NCBI GenBank assembly: GCA_026713245.1
Contig: JAPOOU010000246.1
Location: 882-64,881 of the forward strand
Reading direction: 5' to 3'
Length of the DNA: 64,000 bases
Source: Chloroflexota bacterium
Lineage (GTDB): Bacteria > Chloroflexota > Anaerolineae > Aggregatilineales > Phototrophicaceae
Numbering within the stretch: the first letter of the stretch is position 1; the number at the start of each line of letters is the position of its first letter. The notes below the pieces were generated by a model, which worked only from the letters and a program-made list of their open reading frames with translations, was not told where the DNA came from and ran no database searches. The position numbers and the translations under genes were made by a program. Positions 54,618 through 64,000 of the stretch are shown here, piece by piece.

Positions 54618-55651
54618 CCTCCAACCCGCGCTGTCTCCAGGTCTTTTTCGTCCCGAATCAGGTCGCGGGCGTATTCGATATCTTCGCTTAACACGCCCCG
54701 CAACGCATGCGCCTCGTCAGCGCTCATAATGACCTGCCACTCTTCCAGGCCGGACTTCTCCCTCTTCATCGCATCCCGGGCCTGTGCCGCCCGGACTGAA
54801 TCGCCCAGCCGTTGATAGGCTCTCAATAAGTATAGATGAGCAAGCAGCCGGTGTCGAGAATCAGGCATTTTCAGCGCCAATGCCGAGCGCAGGTGTTCAA
54901 TCGCGCCTTCACTACGTTGCAAGCGGTCTTCGATCATGCCCAGGTTGTAGGCGGCTACCCACTCTTCCGGCGACATGTCGTATGCGGTTTCCGCTGCCTC
55001 GAAGGCCTTCCGATAGTTTCCTCCCTGCAGTTCCACTTCCGCCAAACCATTGTATGCGACCGCAGTTTGCTGCTCCAATTTGATCATCCTGCGATAATCC
55101 TGCTTCGCCGCTTCGAGCTTTCCCGCCAGGCGATAGAGTTCCGCTCGAAATCGATAATGCTCGCCTCGCGAAGGTTCGATCTTAATCTGCGCGGTGATCG
55201 ACTTGATGGCGGCCGCATAATCTCCCTTTCGCATGGCGCGCACCGCGCGCTTGTAATTCTGCGGTCCCCCCGTGCCGTTAAACACGAAGATGCCGGCGAC
55301 GATCCAGCCGATGCCGGCGCCAACGAACAGCCCGGTCAAGTGCGGCAGAATGGTCGACGCGATGGCCATAGCCAACGCGGCGGGCACGATCACTGCCAAC
55401 CAGCGAAGACGTTCCGCGCGCGTTAAACGGCCTAAAATCAGGTAGGATGCGCCCGCGAGAAAAACTGCGAGCAGTAAGCTCTGCGCTGCTGTCGCCCAAG
55501 GGAACCTGTCCGCTACGATATTCAGCAACAGGCTGGCAATACCAGTTACGCCGAGTAGCAAGAAAAAGGCCTTGAATCTGGCCGGTCCAAGGAAAATTCG
55601 AAAGCGCCTAACCATTCGCCAGTGCTTTCCGGGAACGCTTGCCTCGGTCAC
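54614..55651 (-). CDS. Polytopic membrane TPR-repeat protein (345 aa)
   Basis: About four N-terminal TM helices, then TPR repeats (YRFRAELYRLAGKLEAAKQDYRRMIKLEQQTAVAYNGLAEV...). GTG start 2 nt after the upstream stop. Confidence 0.7.
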   Translation of the reverse strand: MTEASVPGKHWRMVRRFRIFLGPARFKAFFLLLGVTGIASLLLNIVADRFPWATAAQSLLLAVFLAGASYLILGRLTRAERLRWLAVIVPAALAMAIASTILPHLTGLFVGAGIGWIVAGIFVFNGTGGPQNYKRAVRAMRKGDYAAAIKSITAQIKIEPSRGEHYRFRAELYRLAGKLEAAKQDYRRMIKLEQQTAVAYNGLAEVELQGGNYRKAFEAAETAYDMSPEEWVAAYNLGMIEDRLQRSEGAIEHLRSALALKMPDSRHRLLAHLYLLRAYQRLGDSVRAAQARDAMKREKSGLEEWQVIMSADEAHALRGVLSEDIEYARDLIRDEKDLETARVGG

Positions 55652-55653
55652 TT

Positions 55654-56358
55654 CTAGTATGGGCGATGCGCATAGTTGCTGACAGTTACTGTAAATTCAT
55701 GCTGCTTGAAGGCGTTTATGCGTTTGATGACAATGCCCCGCTCATCAACCCAGTATGACGCGGCTTTGTCGACGTAGCGGAATCGCTGCGTCTCGATTTC
55801 CCGCTTGCCAATTGCCAGACGATCGAGCCCCAAACACGCCACCGGCGATTCCACAGTGCGCGTTACGCCGGGGAACAATTGCGCATATTCATACATCGGC
55901 ACAAAAACCGGGACCGGATTTCCCCTGAAGTCCGATAGCGCGAAGAGCGTCCTCCCACGCATGATCAGAAGCGGGATATCCAGCAAAACCTCGGGCGCAA
56001 TCTCTCGTTCAACGTAGCATCGCTCCGACCCATTCATTCGGTAGCCAACCTGCATGACCTGGTCAACCAGGCTGTAGGTAGCGGACAATGTCCTTATACC
56101 GCCTTCATACTGATCATTTTCATAGCGAAGGTCAAATCGAATGACTTCGTCGTCGCGGCTGATTAAAAGCTCTGCCAGCAGCGACTTGCCTTCTTCTTCG
56201 CGCGCGTCACTGTCAACGCGAACGAACTTGCTGCCATCGCCCAACTCATGAATGGTCCATGATTCTGACTTGGCTAGCGACCTGCCATCCTTGGCGAAGA
56301 AGTAATCGCCGCTGGCGACAAATACTTCGTGCGCCTGTACAGGATGCAAATAACGCAT
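55654..56358 (-). CDS. Hypothetical soluble, beta-rich protein (234 aa)
   Basis: ORF whose ATG shares one nucleotide with the alaX-type stop (TAATG). No recognised motif. Confidence 0.5.
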   Translation of the reverse strand: MRYLHPVQAHEVFVASGDYFFAKDGRSLAKSESWTIHELGDGSKFVRVDSDAREEEGKSLLAELLISRDDEVIRFDLRYENDQYEGGIRTLSATYSLVDQVMQVGYRMNGSERCYVEREIAPEVLLDIPLLIMRGRTLFALSDFRGNPVPVFVPMYEYAQLFPGVTRTVESPVACLGLDRLAIGKREIETQRFRYVDKAASYWVDERGIVIKRINAFKQHEFTVTVSNYAHRPY

Positions 56359-57098
56359 TATCCGCCGATCTCCACATAAAGCCGCTTGTTGATGCCGCCC
56401 TTGCTCTTGTACTTGCTGATTCTGATTGCGCCAACTTCGCGAGTATTCGCTACATGCGTTCCGCCATCCGCCTGCAAATCAAGGCCGACAATTTCCACCG
56501 TCCGCACTTCCTTAATCGTCTCCGGCAGCAAATTGATCTTGGTACGAATCAGATCGGGAATCTCAAAGGCGACGCTCCGCGGCAGTATCTGGATCTCGAC
56601 GTCGCGGGCCGTGGCCACTTCTGAATTGATCTTCTCATCAATTTCCGCCACCACTTCCGGCACCAGCCGCTCGAATTCAAAGTCCATCCGGCCCGACAGA
56701 ACATCCATATTGCCCCCGGTAACGCTGGCCTGGTAGTCGCGCCAGATGACCCCGCACAAAACATGCATCGCGGTGTGCGTGCGCATCAGCTTGTAGCGCC
56801 GTTCCCAGTCGATCATGCCTAGAATGTCGCTGCCAACGGGCGGCAGCGGGCCGTCAATGATGTGCAAGTTCCCGCGCACGACCTTGCTGACATCGTATTC
56901 GCTTTGCCCGTTCCGGAGTTTGCCGATGTCGCAAGGCTGACCGCCGCCGCCAGGATAAAAGGCGGTCCTGTCCAGTTTTACGCCATTGCGCGCGATATCA
57001 TGCGCTACGACCTCGGCATCAAACTCCCTGAGATAACTGTCTCGCAAATACAGTTCTTCCGTCACCGCCAACTCCTTTTTGTAAATCGCGTCGCTCAT
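56358..57098 (-). CDS. alaX: AlaX-M-type alanyl-tRNA editing (Ser/Gly-tRNA-Ala deacylase) family protein
   Basis: HTAMHVL (HxxxH) and GGTHV second-site motif, with an N-terminal beta-barrel-like region. ATG at 57098 chosen; the longer ORF runs into the GNAT gene. Confidence 0.75.
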   Translation of the reverse strand: MSDAIYKKELAVTEELYLRDSYLREFDAEVVAHDIARNGVKLDRTAFYPGGGGQPCDIGKLRNGQSEYDVSKVVRGNLHIIDGPLPPVGSDILGMIDWERRYKLMRTHTAMHVLCGVIWRDYQASVTGGNMDVLSGRMDFEFERLVPEVVAEIDEKINSEVATARDVEIQILPRSVAFEIPDLIRTKINLLPETIKEVRTVEIVGLDLQADGGTHVANTREVGAIRISKYKSKGGINKRLYVEIGG

Positions 57099-57168
57099 GC
57101 GACGAGAAAGATTTTTCTGTGAGCGCAACATTCCTGTGACTCTTTCGCCGGTTACGCGTCGCGCGGCT

Positions 57169-57681
57169 TCAAATCTCGGCGCGCATTCGCAGCATCGTCG
57201 CTTTGCCGCCAATGGCCTTCCAAAACTGAATCGCCGCTGGATTCTGCGCGCTAACATGCCATTCAAAATGGCCCACCTTCTGCGTTTGAAACCAGTCTGA
57301 CATTTTCGCCACCAACTCTCGGCCCAGTCCTTGACGGCGGTGTTCGGTCATGACGTAAATGTCGGCCAGCAAGCCACTGCGCAACGGCTGGAACATTTCA
57401 GTCGTAATATCGGCCACCAAGCCAAGGGCATAGGCGACGATGTCGCCCTCAAGTTCGGCAACCAGTATACGAGTCCAGGGATCGGACAAACGCTGCAAGA
57501 TCCGCTGCGCGTACAAGTCGGCGCCATCGTCGGCCGCGCGAAACGTGAGCGGATCGAAAGCTTGGTGGTATTCCACCATTTCCAACCACAAGCGGCCAAT
57601 TCGGTCCGCGTCGGCTTTATTCGCCGATCGTATCACAGCCGCTCGGCGACAGCGATCGGGTCTACCGCGCTCACACAACAT
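57169..57681 (-). CDS. GNAT-family N-acetyltransferase
   Basis: Acetyl-CoA-binding motif A (HRRQGLGRELV). Alternative GTG start at 57636. Confidence 0.75.
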   Translation of the reverse strand: MLCERGRPDRCRRAAVIRSANKADADRIGRLWLEMVEYHQAFDPLTFRAADDGADLYAQRILQRLSDPWTRILVAELEGDIVAYALGLVADITTEMFQPLRSGLLADIYVMTEHRRQGLGRELVAKMSDWFQTQKVGHFEWHVSAQNPAAIQFWKAIGGKATMLRMRAEI

Positions 57682-57715
57682 GACAAGCCTTCTCCTTGCG
57701 TGAGCAAGGGGTTCA

Positions 57716-58207
57716 TTAGAATAGAGTCAACCAATTCTGATTAAATCGCAAACGCGCGCCTTGCGCCCGCCAGAAGGCCTCTTCAACCGGATATCGCGCT
57801 GGCACGTCCACTGTCAAATAACCAACATCGCGCGCCTTGAGCCATTTACGCGCTTCATCCAACAGAGCGCCACTGAGACCGGGACGAGATTCATGCAGTT
57901 CAATCGCCATATCTACCACTTTCCCGACGACGGCCGGCCCTAGCCCGGCTGGTCCCTCCGAAATCATGATCACCATGTAGCCGCTGATGCTCATGTCCAC
58001 TTCCCCTACAAAGAAACCGCACTTGTCGTTCGTCAGCCAGGATCTGGCTTGCCGTTGCCAATCGAGAATCCGATCCGGATTCAATGGCTGAATATCATCC
58101 GACTGCTGCAGCAGCGACGCGCGCTCGTTCCAAATTTGAGCCGCCTGCTTCAAGTCCCCCTCTACGGCAAAACGTATCGCCCAGTGGCGCATCTTGTTCA
58201 ATTCCAT
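57716..58207 (-). CDS. GNAT-family N-acetyltransferase (divergent)
   Basis: GNAT-like beta-alpha pattern (…ISGYMVIMISEG…SRPGLSGALLDEARKWL…). Weaker motif A. Confidence 0.55.
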   Translation of the reverse strand: MELNKMRHWAIRFAVEGDLKQAAQIWNERASLLQQSDDIQPLNPDRILDWQRQARSWLTNDKCGFFVGEVDMSISGYMVIMISEGPAGLGPAVVGKVVDMAIELHESRPGLSGALLDEARKWLKARDVGYLTVDVPARYPVEEAFWRAQGARLRFNQNWLTLF

Positions 58208-58390
58208 GTCGACGATAGCATATCATTCGCGAAGTTTAGCGGCAAGACATGATGACAGGCAAGCGCGCAACTGTCGTAGCAGAGTCGATTGGTACAGAGC
58301 GATGATTATGAAGTAGAATATGCTCAACCGAAAGCAGCCTTGCCTGTTGCTCTATATCGATAGGCGAGAAACACAGGAATAGGAGTTTAC

Positions 58391-58747
58391 ATGTCTACCC
58401 TACCCACGACAGAACGAGTTGGCAGAGCATGGCGCGCCCATCGCGATGGCAATAACTCCGAAGCGATTAGATTGTTTGAAGAAGTCATCGGCGCCAATCC
58501 CGAGAATGTTGACGCCCATTATGGCCTCGGTCTGGCGCACAAAGCGGATGGAAGTAACAGCGCCTCAATTGCCGCCTTCCAAAAAGCCCTGAGCTTTTCG
58601 CAGCAGGCCCTCGACGCCGTGCAGACGACCTCTCACATCGAGGGCCATCACGGCGCCAACGATCTGGACTCCAACGACGACGACCGCTTTATGATGCTGA
58701 CTCGCATGCTGAAGCAGCGTATCGAGGACGTAGGGGGCAGATCCTAG
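58391..58747 (+). CDS. Small TPR-repeat protein
   Basis: 118 aa. GNNSEAIRLFEEVIGANPENVDAHYGLGLAHKADGSNSASIAAFQKAL is a TPR pair. Confidence 0.6.
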   Translation: MSTLPTTERVGRAWRAHRDGNNSEAIRLFEEVIGANPENVDAHYGLGLAHKADGSNSASIAAFQKALSFSQQALDAVQTTSHIEGHHGANDLDSNDDDRFMMLTRMLKQRIEDVGGRS

Positions 58748-58755
58748 CCCCGGCC

Positions 58756-59751
58756 ATGCGCAAACGCGAGCGCCTCGAACGCGCGGTCGCCGGGGCGTCG
58801 GTTGATCGTCTGCCCGTGTCCTTGTGGCGCCATTTTCCCGGCGACGATCAGCGCTCGGCGGATTTGGCTCGCTCCATCGTTAGCTTTCAGCGTGAATACG
58901 ACTGGGATTTTGTCCGCGTGATGCCGTCGAACAATTTCCTGGTTGCGGATTACGGCATCCAGGACGGCTGGCTCGGCGATCGACGAGGCAAGCGCGAAAC
59001 GCAGAAGTTCATCATACAGCGCTCCCTTGACTGGACGGAGATACGGCCGCTTTCCCCAGAGCGCGGCGCGCTGGCAAAACATATCCAGTGCATGTCCCTC
59101 GTGAATTCAGACATTGGAGGCGATGGCATTCCCGTTTTGCAGACCATTTACAGTCCGATGACCCAAGCGGCGCAGATCGCGGGCTGCGCGCGACTGTTAA
59201 GAGACATGCGATTGCGCCCGGACAGGTTGCGCAGCGGGCTCAATGCCTTGACTGAAAGCACACTGCGCTTCCTGGAAGCGATACGAACAAATCCGTCGAT
59301 TGCCGGCGTCTTCATGGTCGCGTCTTTGGCAAACTACCAGCTAATGTCCGCCTTCGAATACAAAGCGATGGCGATGCCATTCAATCGCGCGATTTTGGAT
59401 TTCATCCAACCGGACTGGTGGCTCAATGCAGTACAGGTTCAAGGTCCGTCCCCGATGTATGACCTGTTTGCCGGCGCACCTGTACAGTTACTTAATTGGG
59501 ACTTCTCCCATGACAAAAGCGAACTCTTACAGATGAAGCTGGCATTTCCAGGCGCAGTCTGCGGTGGTTTGAGCGACTGGGAGCACTTGCACCAAAGCAC
59601 GCCTGCCCTGCTTCAGTCGGCAATTAGGGACATCTTGCATCACACGGAGGGACAACGACTCATTCTGGCAGGTAGCGGGGACGGTTTTGTGACCGCGCCG
59701 CTATCTAACCTGCGCGCCGTCCGCGCTAGCGTGGAAAAACTGGCGGTCTGA
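58756..59751 (+). CDS. Uroporphyrinogen decarboxylase (URO-D)-family protein, MtaA/CmuA-like subgroup
   Basis: N-terminal ERLERAVAGASVDRLPVSLWRHF and overall length resemble URO-D-like proteins. Substrate unknown. Confidence 0.55.
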   Translation: MRKRERLERAVAGASVDRLPVSLWRHFPGDDQRSADLARSIVSFQREYDWDFVRVMPSNNFLVADYGIQDGWLGDRRGKRETQKFIIQRSLDWTEIRPLSPERGALAKHIQCMSLVNSDIGGDGIPVLQTIYSPMTQAAQIAGCARLLRDMRLRPDRLRSGLNALTESTLRFLEAIRTNPSIAGVFMVASLANYQLMSAFEYKAMAMPFNRAILDFIQPDWWLNAVQVQGPSPMYDLFAGAPVQLLNWDFSHDKSELLQMKLAFPGAVCGGLSDWEHLHQSTPALLQSAIRDILHHTEGQRLILAGSGDGFVTAPLSNLRAVRASVEKLAV

Positions 59752-60314
59752 TGTCTCTGCGCGTTATCGCTGGCAGCGCCCGCGGCGCTCGGTTAAAAGC
59801 CGTCCCCGGGGATACCACGCGCCCGATCATGGACCGGGTCAAAGAAGCTCTCTTCAGCATCATCGGCGATGACATCGTGGGCGCGAGCATGCTCGACCTG
59901 TTTGCCGGCACTGGTAGCGTCGGCATTGAAGCGCTCAGCCGAGGCGCCGAACAGGTCCACTTTGTCGACCGCCATCACGCTGCGCTCAGGACCGTTCGCG
60001 AAAACCTCAAGCGTACCCGCCTGCAGGCGCGCGCGGTCCTGCGGCAACGCGACGCTTTTGGCCTGATCAAGCGACCGCCGGAAAGACGATTCGATTTCAT
60101 TTATGTTGCGCCGCCGCAATACCAGGGCCAGTGGCTGGCAATGCTGAAAGCCCTCGACAGGAACCCGTCTTGGCATCATCCGGAATCGGCTGTAATTGTA
60201 CAGATTGATCCGAGCGAACTGGAAGCTGACATTTGCTTGGGCCACTTGCTCGAATATGATCGGCGCGTTTATGGCAGGACGATGCTGCTGTTTTTTGAGT
60301 TCGTCACACGGTGA
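59751..60314 (+). CDS. rsmD: 16S rRNA (guanine966-N2)-methyltransferase RsmD
   Basis: MSLRVIAGSARGARL..., SAM motif LDLFAGTGSVGIEALSRGA, and FDFIYVAPP in place of the DPPY-type motif. Confidence 0.85.
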   Translation: MSLRVIAGSARGARLKAVPGDTTRPIMDRVKEALFSIIGDDIVGASMLDLFAGTGSVGIEALSRGAEQVHFVDRHHAALRTVRENLKRTRLQARAVLRQRDAFGLIKRPPERRFDFIYVAPPQYQGQWLAMLKALDRNPSWHHPESAVIVQIDPSELEADICLGHLLEYDRRVYGRTMLLFFEFVTR

Positions 60315-60332
60315 GACGGAGCAGATACGAAT

Positions 60333-61796
60333 TTAGCTTGATTCGGCATGTCTGCGCAAAACGAAGGCCCGCGCTTCTGAAACACTACGCACCCTGCCCA
60401 GGACCTGCGCCTCGCGCAAGGCGCTCAAGAGCTGGCCTACATTCGGTCCGCGTCTGATGCCAAGCGTTTTCATAATATCATCGCCATTCAGCAGGGGCGC
60501 AGGACTGACGACGTCGTCATGTTGGTTGAACCAGGTATCCAGCAACTTGGTTGCGATATCGACAAAAGCAAGCCAGTCCGCTTGCTGCATCTCCGCGCCT
60601 TGCCTGCCTAAGAATACTGCCGCGGCGAGGAAAATGGCGTCGATACCCGCTTCGCCTAACTCAAACCAGAAACGATGTCGGGCCAATGTCGACCACTCTG
60701 ATTCATCGAGTATGACCTGATATTTGGTTATGGCCTGCGACAGTTGGCGACCCTCTTCCAGCGTTAAACGCAGAGTCCGCGCGACAGCCTTTGCCGACAG
60801 GGACAATCGCTCTCCATCTCTTGCAGAATCCGGCTCAACCAGGTCGCTCAAGAGCGCGGACAGAACCAACAATTCTCTATGTCGTCTCCCGTTGCCATAG
60901 CTGCGGCTCAGGTGCTGCTGCAATTGTCGGCGAAAGCGATCTATTTGAATGACAAGCATACCGAGATCAAAGGCGGCCGCGTTGTTGTCGGTACGCCGTT
61001 CGCCAACTGCGTTCAAGATGGCGCACATGCGCTCGGTGACGCGCAGGTTGCGAGAATTGGCATGCAACTGCTGCGGCGGATTCTCGGTCGCGTTCTTCAA
61101 GCCAAACTGATCCGGCACAATGCGCTGGAGCATCCCCAGGTGTTGCAGGACGCGCAGCCCGCGCGCTGCCTTGTCCAGCGCCAACAACTTGAAAAACTCG
61201 TCGCGTATTCTCTCGGGCGAAATCTGACTGAGACCAGTGGCAAACTGGCGAACATCGGACAAGGTCGCCGGGTGAATCTTCAAACCTAACTGCGTGCTTT
61301 GCCGCACGGCTCTCAGAGCGCGGACGGGATCTACCTCGATCGACCTGGGCGAACAGCGGCGTAATACCCGGTCGCGCAGGTCGCGCTCGCCGCCAAGCAA
61401 GTCTATTAACTTGGATAGATCGCCGAGCAGATCGGCGGCCAGGGTATTCACGGTGAAGTCACGACTAATGAGATCGTCGCGAAGGGTCGCGCCGCGAAAT
61501 CGAGCAAAATCGAGCAAAATCGCTCCCGACTCGCGCTTGACGAAGACACGGGCAACGCCGCGTTCGCGATCCATGATATAAATGTCGGCATCCAGCCAGT
61601 CGACGACATTCTTGGCGATCCGCAATGCGTCGCCGTCTACCGCGATATCGACATCAGTGATTGCCGCGCGCTGATAAGCGTCGCGCACCGCCCCTCCCAC
61701 GACATAAAGCGGCGTTGTGACTCCCTTTTCGCGCAGCAAGCGCTGCAAATCGTATACGAATTCACTCCATGCCAGGAGGGGGCCGGCGTCACTCAT
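60333..61796 (-). CDS. cca: CCA-adding tRNA nucleotidyltransferase / poly(A) polymerase-family protein
   Basis: Head-domain motifs YVVGGAVRDAY, DVDIAV and RDFTVNTLA. Confidence 0.85.
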   Translation of the reverse strand: MSDAGPLLAWSEFVYDLQRLLREKGVTTPLYVVGGAVRDAYQRAAITDVDIAVDGDALRIAKNVVDWLDADIYIMDRERGVARVFVKRESGAILLDFARFRGATLRDDLISRDFTVNTLAADLLGDLSKLIDLLGGERDLRDRVLRRCSPRSIEVDPVRALRAVRQSTQLGLKIHPATLSDVRQFATGLSQISPERIRDEFFKLLALDKAARGLRVLQHLGMLQRIVPDQFGLKNATENPPQQLHANSRNLRVTERMCAILNAVGERRTDNNAAAFDLGMLVIQIDRFRRQLQQHLSRSYGNGRRHRELLVLSALLSDLVEPDSARDGERLSLSAKAVARTLRLTLEEGRQLSQAITKYQVILDESEWSTLARHRFWFELGEAGIDAIFLAAAVFLGRQGAEMQQADWLAFVDIATKLLDTWFNQHDDVVSPAPLLNGDDIMKTLGIRRGPNVGQLLSALREAQVLGRVRSVSEARAFVLRRHAESS

Positions 61797-62349
61797 CTAG
61801 CGGGGCGTCCTGCCGCGCCACGCCTACAAACGGAAGGTTTCGGAATCGTTCATCCAGATCGAGCCCGTATCCAAATACGAACTTGTTTTCGATATCGAAA
61901 CCGACATAATCGACATCAATTTCGACTTCCCGGCGCGACTGCTTGTTGAGCAACGCGCACAGCTTTAAGCTGGCCGGATCGCGGGTTTTTAGCGCCCTTA
62001 TGACGAAACTCAGTGTATAGCCGCTATCAATGATGTCCTCAACAACGAGGACGTGCTTGCCCCGGACATCGGTTTGCAGATCCATATCGATGCGTACTGA
62101 TCCGGCGGACTTTCGGGACCCAACTCCATAACTGCTGGCCGCCATGAAATCAATCATATGCGGCACCTGGATGTGGCGCGAAAGATCCGTCAGGAACATG
62201 ACGCCGCCCTTTAGAATGCATAATAGAAGTAGGTCTTCGCAATCCGCATAATCCCGGTTAAGTATCTTGCCAAGTTCGGCGATTCGCTCTTGCAGGCGAT
62301 CTTCATCAATAAGAATCTCTTCAAGATATCTTTTGTATGCGGGCGCCAT
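61789..62349 (-). CDS. hpt: Hypoxanthine phosphoribosyltransferase
   Basis: PRPP-binding loop VLVVEDIIDSGYTL and a typical Hpt C-terminus (GYGLDLDERFRNLPFVG). Confidence 0.9.
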   Translation of the reverse strand: MAPAYKRYLEEILIDEDRLQERIAELGKILNRDYADCEDLLLLCILKGGVMFLTDLSRHIQVPHMIDFMAASSYGVGSRKSAGSVRIDMDLQTDVRGKHVLVVEDIIDSGYTLSFVIRALKTRDPASLKLCALLNKQSRREVEIDVDYVGFDIENKFVFGYGLDLDERFRNLPFVGVARQDAPLDE

Positions 62350-62370
62350 TGACCGTTCGTCCTCTCAATT

Positions 62371-64000
62371 CTAGTTTGTCATGCCTGTTTCTTCGTAATA
62401 CGACTGTAAACTGCGCACACTGAGCGGGCTTTCGCGCAATCGCCGGATTCCCTGCACGGAAGCCGCCGCCGCGCTCATGGTCGTTATAATCGGTACGCCC
62501 AAAGCGTAAGCCTGGCTGCGGATCCGAATGCCGTCTTCGTGTGCCTGGCCGCCCCTGGGGGTGTTGATTACCAAATCAACTCCGCCCTCTTGCATCAGGT
62601 CCAACACATTCGGCGCGCCTTGCGACAGCTTCTTCACGGGACTGGCGTCGATGCCCAGGCTGTTTAGCCATCTTGCGGTCCCATCCGTTGCGACCAGTCG
62701 AAAACCGAATTGAACCAGGTCTCTGGCAATCTTGGCGACAACCGCCTTGTCAAAGTCATTCACGCTGATGAACACCGCGCCGTCGGCCGGCAAGGGCGTA
62801 CCCGCAGCCGATTGCGCCTTAACATAGGCGTGGCCGAATGACGATGCGTGTCCCATCACCTCTCCCGTCGAGCGCATCTCTGGTCCCAGACGCGCATCGA
62901 CCCCCGGGAACTTCTGAAAGGGGAACACCGCTTCCTTAACAAAAAAGCCGTCTACAGCGGGTTCCGCAACGAATCCAATCTCTTCTAGCGTACCGCCGGC
63001 GGCGATCTCCGCGGCGTAGCGCGCCAACGGATGGCCTGTAGCCTTGCTGATAAACGGCACCGTCCGGCTGGATCGCGGATTCACTTCCAGCACGTAGACT
63101 TCATCATCCTTGACCGCAAACTGAATGTTAAACAGACCCTTGATGCCCAGAGCCACCCCAATGCGCTGCGTATAGTCTCTGATCACATCCAGATGAAAAT
63201 AGCTGATCTTATAAGGCGGCACAACACAGGCGGAATCGCCGCTGTGTACGCCCGCCTGTTCGATATGCTGCATGATTCCGCCAATTGTAACGTCCCTGCC
63301 ATCCGCCAGAGCGTCCACATCGACTTCGTAGGCATCGTCCAGGAACTGGTCGAGCAATACCGGATGGCCGCCCCAGGTTACGTTATTGTCCAGCCAGTCT
63401 AGCAATTGGCCCTCGTCAAAGACAATCGCCATGCCACGCCCGCCCAGCACATAACTGGGGCGCACCAGCACCGGAAAACCGATGCGGCGCGCGGCCGGCG
63501 CGGCATCATTTCTCGTAATAATCGTAGCCCCAGCGGGTTGCATGATGTTAAGTTCGCCCATAAGGGCATTGAATCGTTCTCGATCTTCCGCCAGGTCAAT
63601 CGTATCAACCGACGTGCCCCAAATTTGCGCGCCCATCTGCTGCAGATCGCGGGCAATATTGAGCGGGGTTTGCCCGCCAAACTGCACTAGTATGCCGTCC
63701 GGCTGTTCGCGGTCGACGATGTTCATGACATCTTCCGCGGTCAGCGGCTCGAAATACAAGCGATCCGCCGTGTCGTAGTCGGTGCTGACCGTCTCCGGAT
63801 TGCAATTCACCATAATCGTCTCGAAGCCCAACTCCCGCAATGCGAAGCAAGCGTGAACGCAGCAGTAATCGAATTCGATGCCTTGCCCAATACGATTGGG
63901 CCCGCCACCAAGAATCATCACTTTTCGGGTCGGGGCGGGGTCCGCTTCGTCGTCCATTTCATATGTCGAATAAAGATATGGCGTATGCGCCTCGAATTCG
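62371..64000 (-). CDS. carB: Carbamoyl-phosphate synthase large subunit, C-terminal half; continues beyond the right edge
   Basis: …TPYLYSTYE|MDDEADPAPTRKVMILGGGPNRIGQGIEFDYCCVHA… The frame stays open upstream of the track's Met to position 64000. Second ATP-grasp and MGS-like domains are present. Confidence 0.95.
   Translation of the reverse strand, partial: EFEAHTPYLYSTYEMDDEADPAPTRKVMILGGGPNRIGQGIEFDYCCVHACFALRELGFETIMVNCNPETVSTDYDTADRLYFEPLTAEDVMNIVDREQPDGILVQFGGQTPLNIARDLQQMGAQIWGTSVDTIDLAEDRERFNALMGELNIMQPAGATIITRNDAAPAARRIGFPVLVRPSYVLGGRGMAIVFDEGQLLDWLDNNVTWGGHPVLLDQFLDDAYEVDVDALADGRDVTIGGIMQHIEQAGVHSGDSACVVPPYKISYFHLDVIRDYTQRIGVALGIKGLFNIQFAVKDDEVYVLEVNPRSSRTVPFISKATGHPLARYAAEIAAGGTLEEIGFVAEPAVDGFFVKEAVFPFQKFPGVDARLGPEMRSTGEVMGHASSFGHAYVKAQSAAGTPLPADGAVFISVNDFDKAVVAKIARDLVQFGFRLVATDGTARWLNSLGIDASPVKKLSQGAPNVLDLMQEGGVDLVINTPRGGQAHEDGIRIRSQAYALGVPIITTMSAAAASVQGIRRLRESPLSVRSLQSYYEETGMTN

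Noticed and set aside
61497-61523. Tandem 10-nt repeat (AAATCGAGCA x2.7)
   Set aside because: It lies within the cca gene and translates in frame to ILLDFARFRG. This is a coincidental short coding repeat, not a CRISPR or VNTR feature.
62371-63957. Apparent stand-alone half-size carB (the track ORF starts at a Met at 63957), suggesting a split carB
   Set aside because: The frame remains open upstream to the window edge and encodes …EFEAHTPYLYSTYE…, the normal CarB inter-domain sequence. The gene is therefore simply truncated by the window.

Overview
Gene-dense 64-kb slice of a moderately GC-rich bacterial chromosome with about 60 CDS and one tRNA. Most genes are housekeeping: eno-pyk, yebC-ruvC-ruvA, thyX, an exonuclease-fused dinG, a polyprenyl synthase, nnr, a SUF Fe-S assembly locus, tpx, the rpmH-rnpA-yidD-yidC-jag cluster, a stand-alone gltB flanked by two PucR-type regulators, ileS, an alaX-type editing protein, rsmD, cca, hpt and the 3' part of carB. 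I saw no rRNA, CRISPR array, transposase, integrase or phage genes, so this looks like core chromosome rather than an island. The family mix (SufU/SufT, DnaQ-exonuclease DinG, YtxG/YtxH-like proteins, many TPR and PQQ-propeller proteins) suggests a Terrabacteria, possibly Chloroflexota-like, organism. That is inference only, because no search was possible. Many long ORFs antisense to real genes are GC-bias artefacts. Best candidates for undescribed biology: (1) a three-gene operon of unknown proteins divergent from rpmH, where dnaA usually sits (37.7-40.3 kb); (2) a tightly coupled alaX / beta-rich unknown / three membrane-TPR paralogs operon upstream of ileS (52.9-57.1 kb); (3) a BamB-like PQQ-propeller lipoprotein inserted between yidD and yidC; (4) the PucR-gltB-PucR module with a repeated 14-mer and palindrome upstream of the second regulator; (5) a long structured ileS leader that may be a T-box; (6) a sufS-less SUF operon with a perfect inverted repeat in its leader. 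All functional calls rest on motif recognition in the supplied translations. None was verified by database search.
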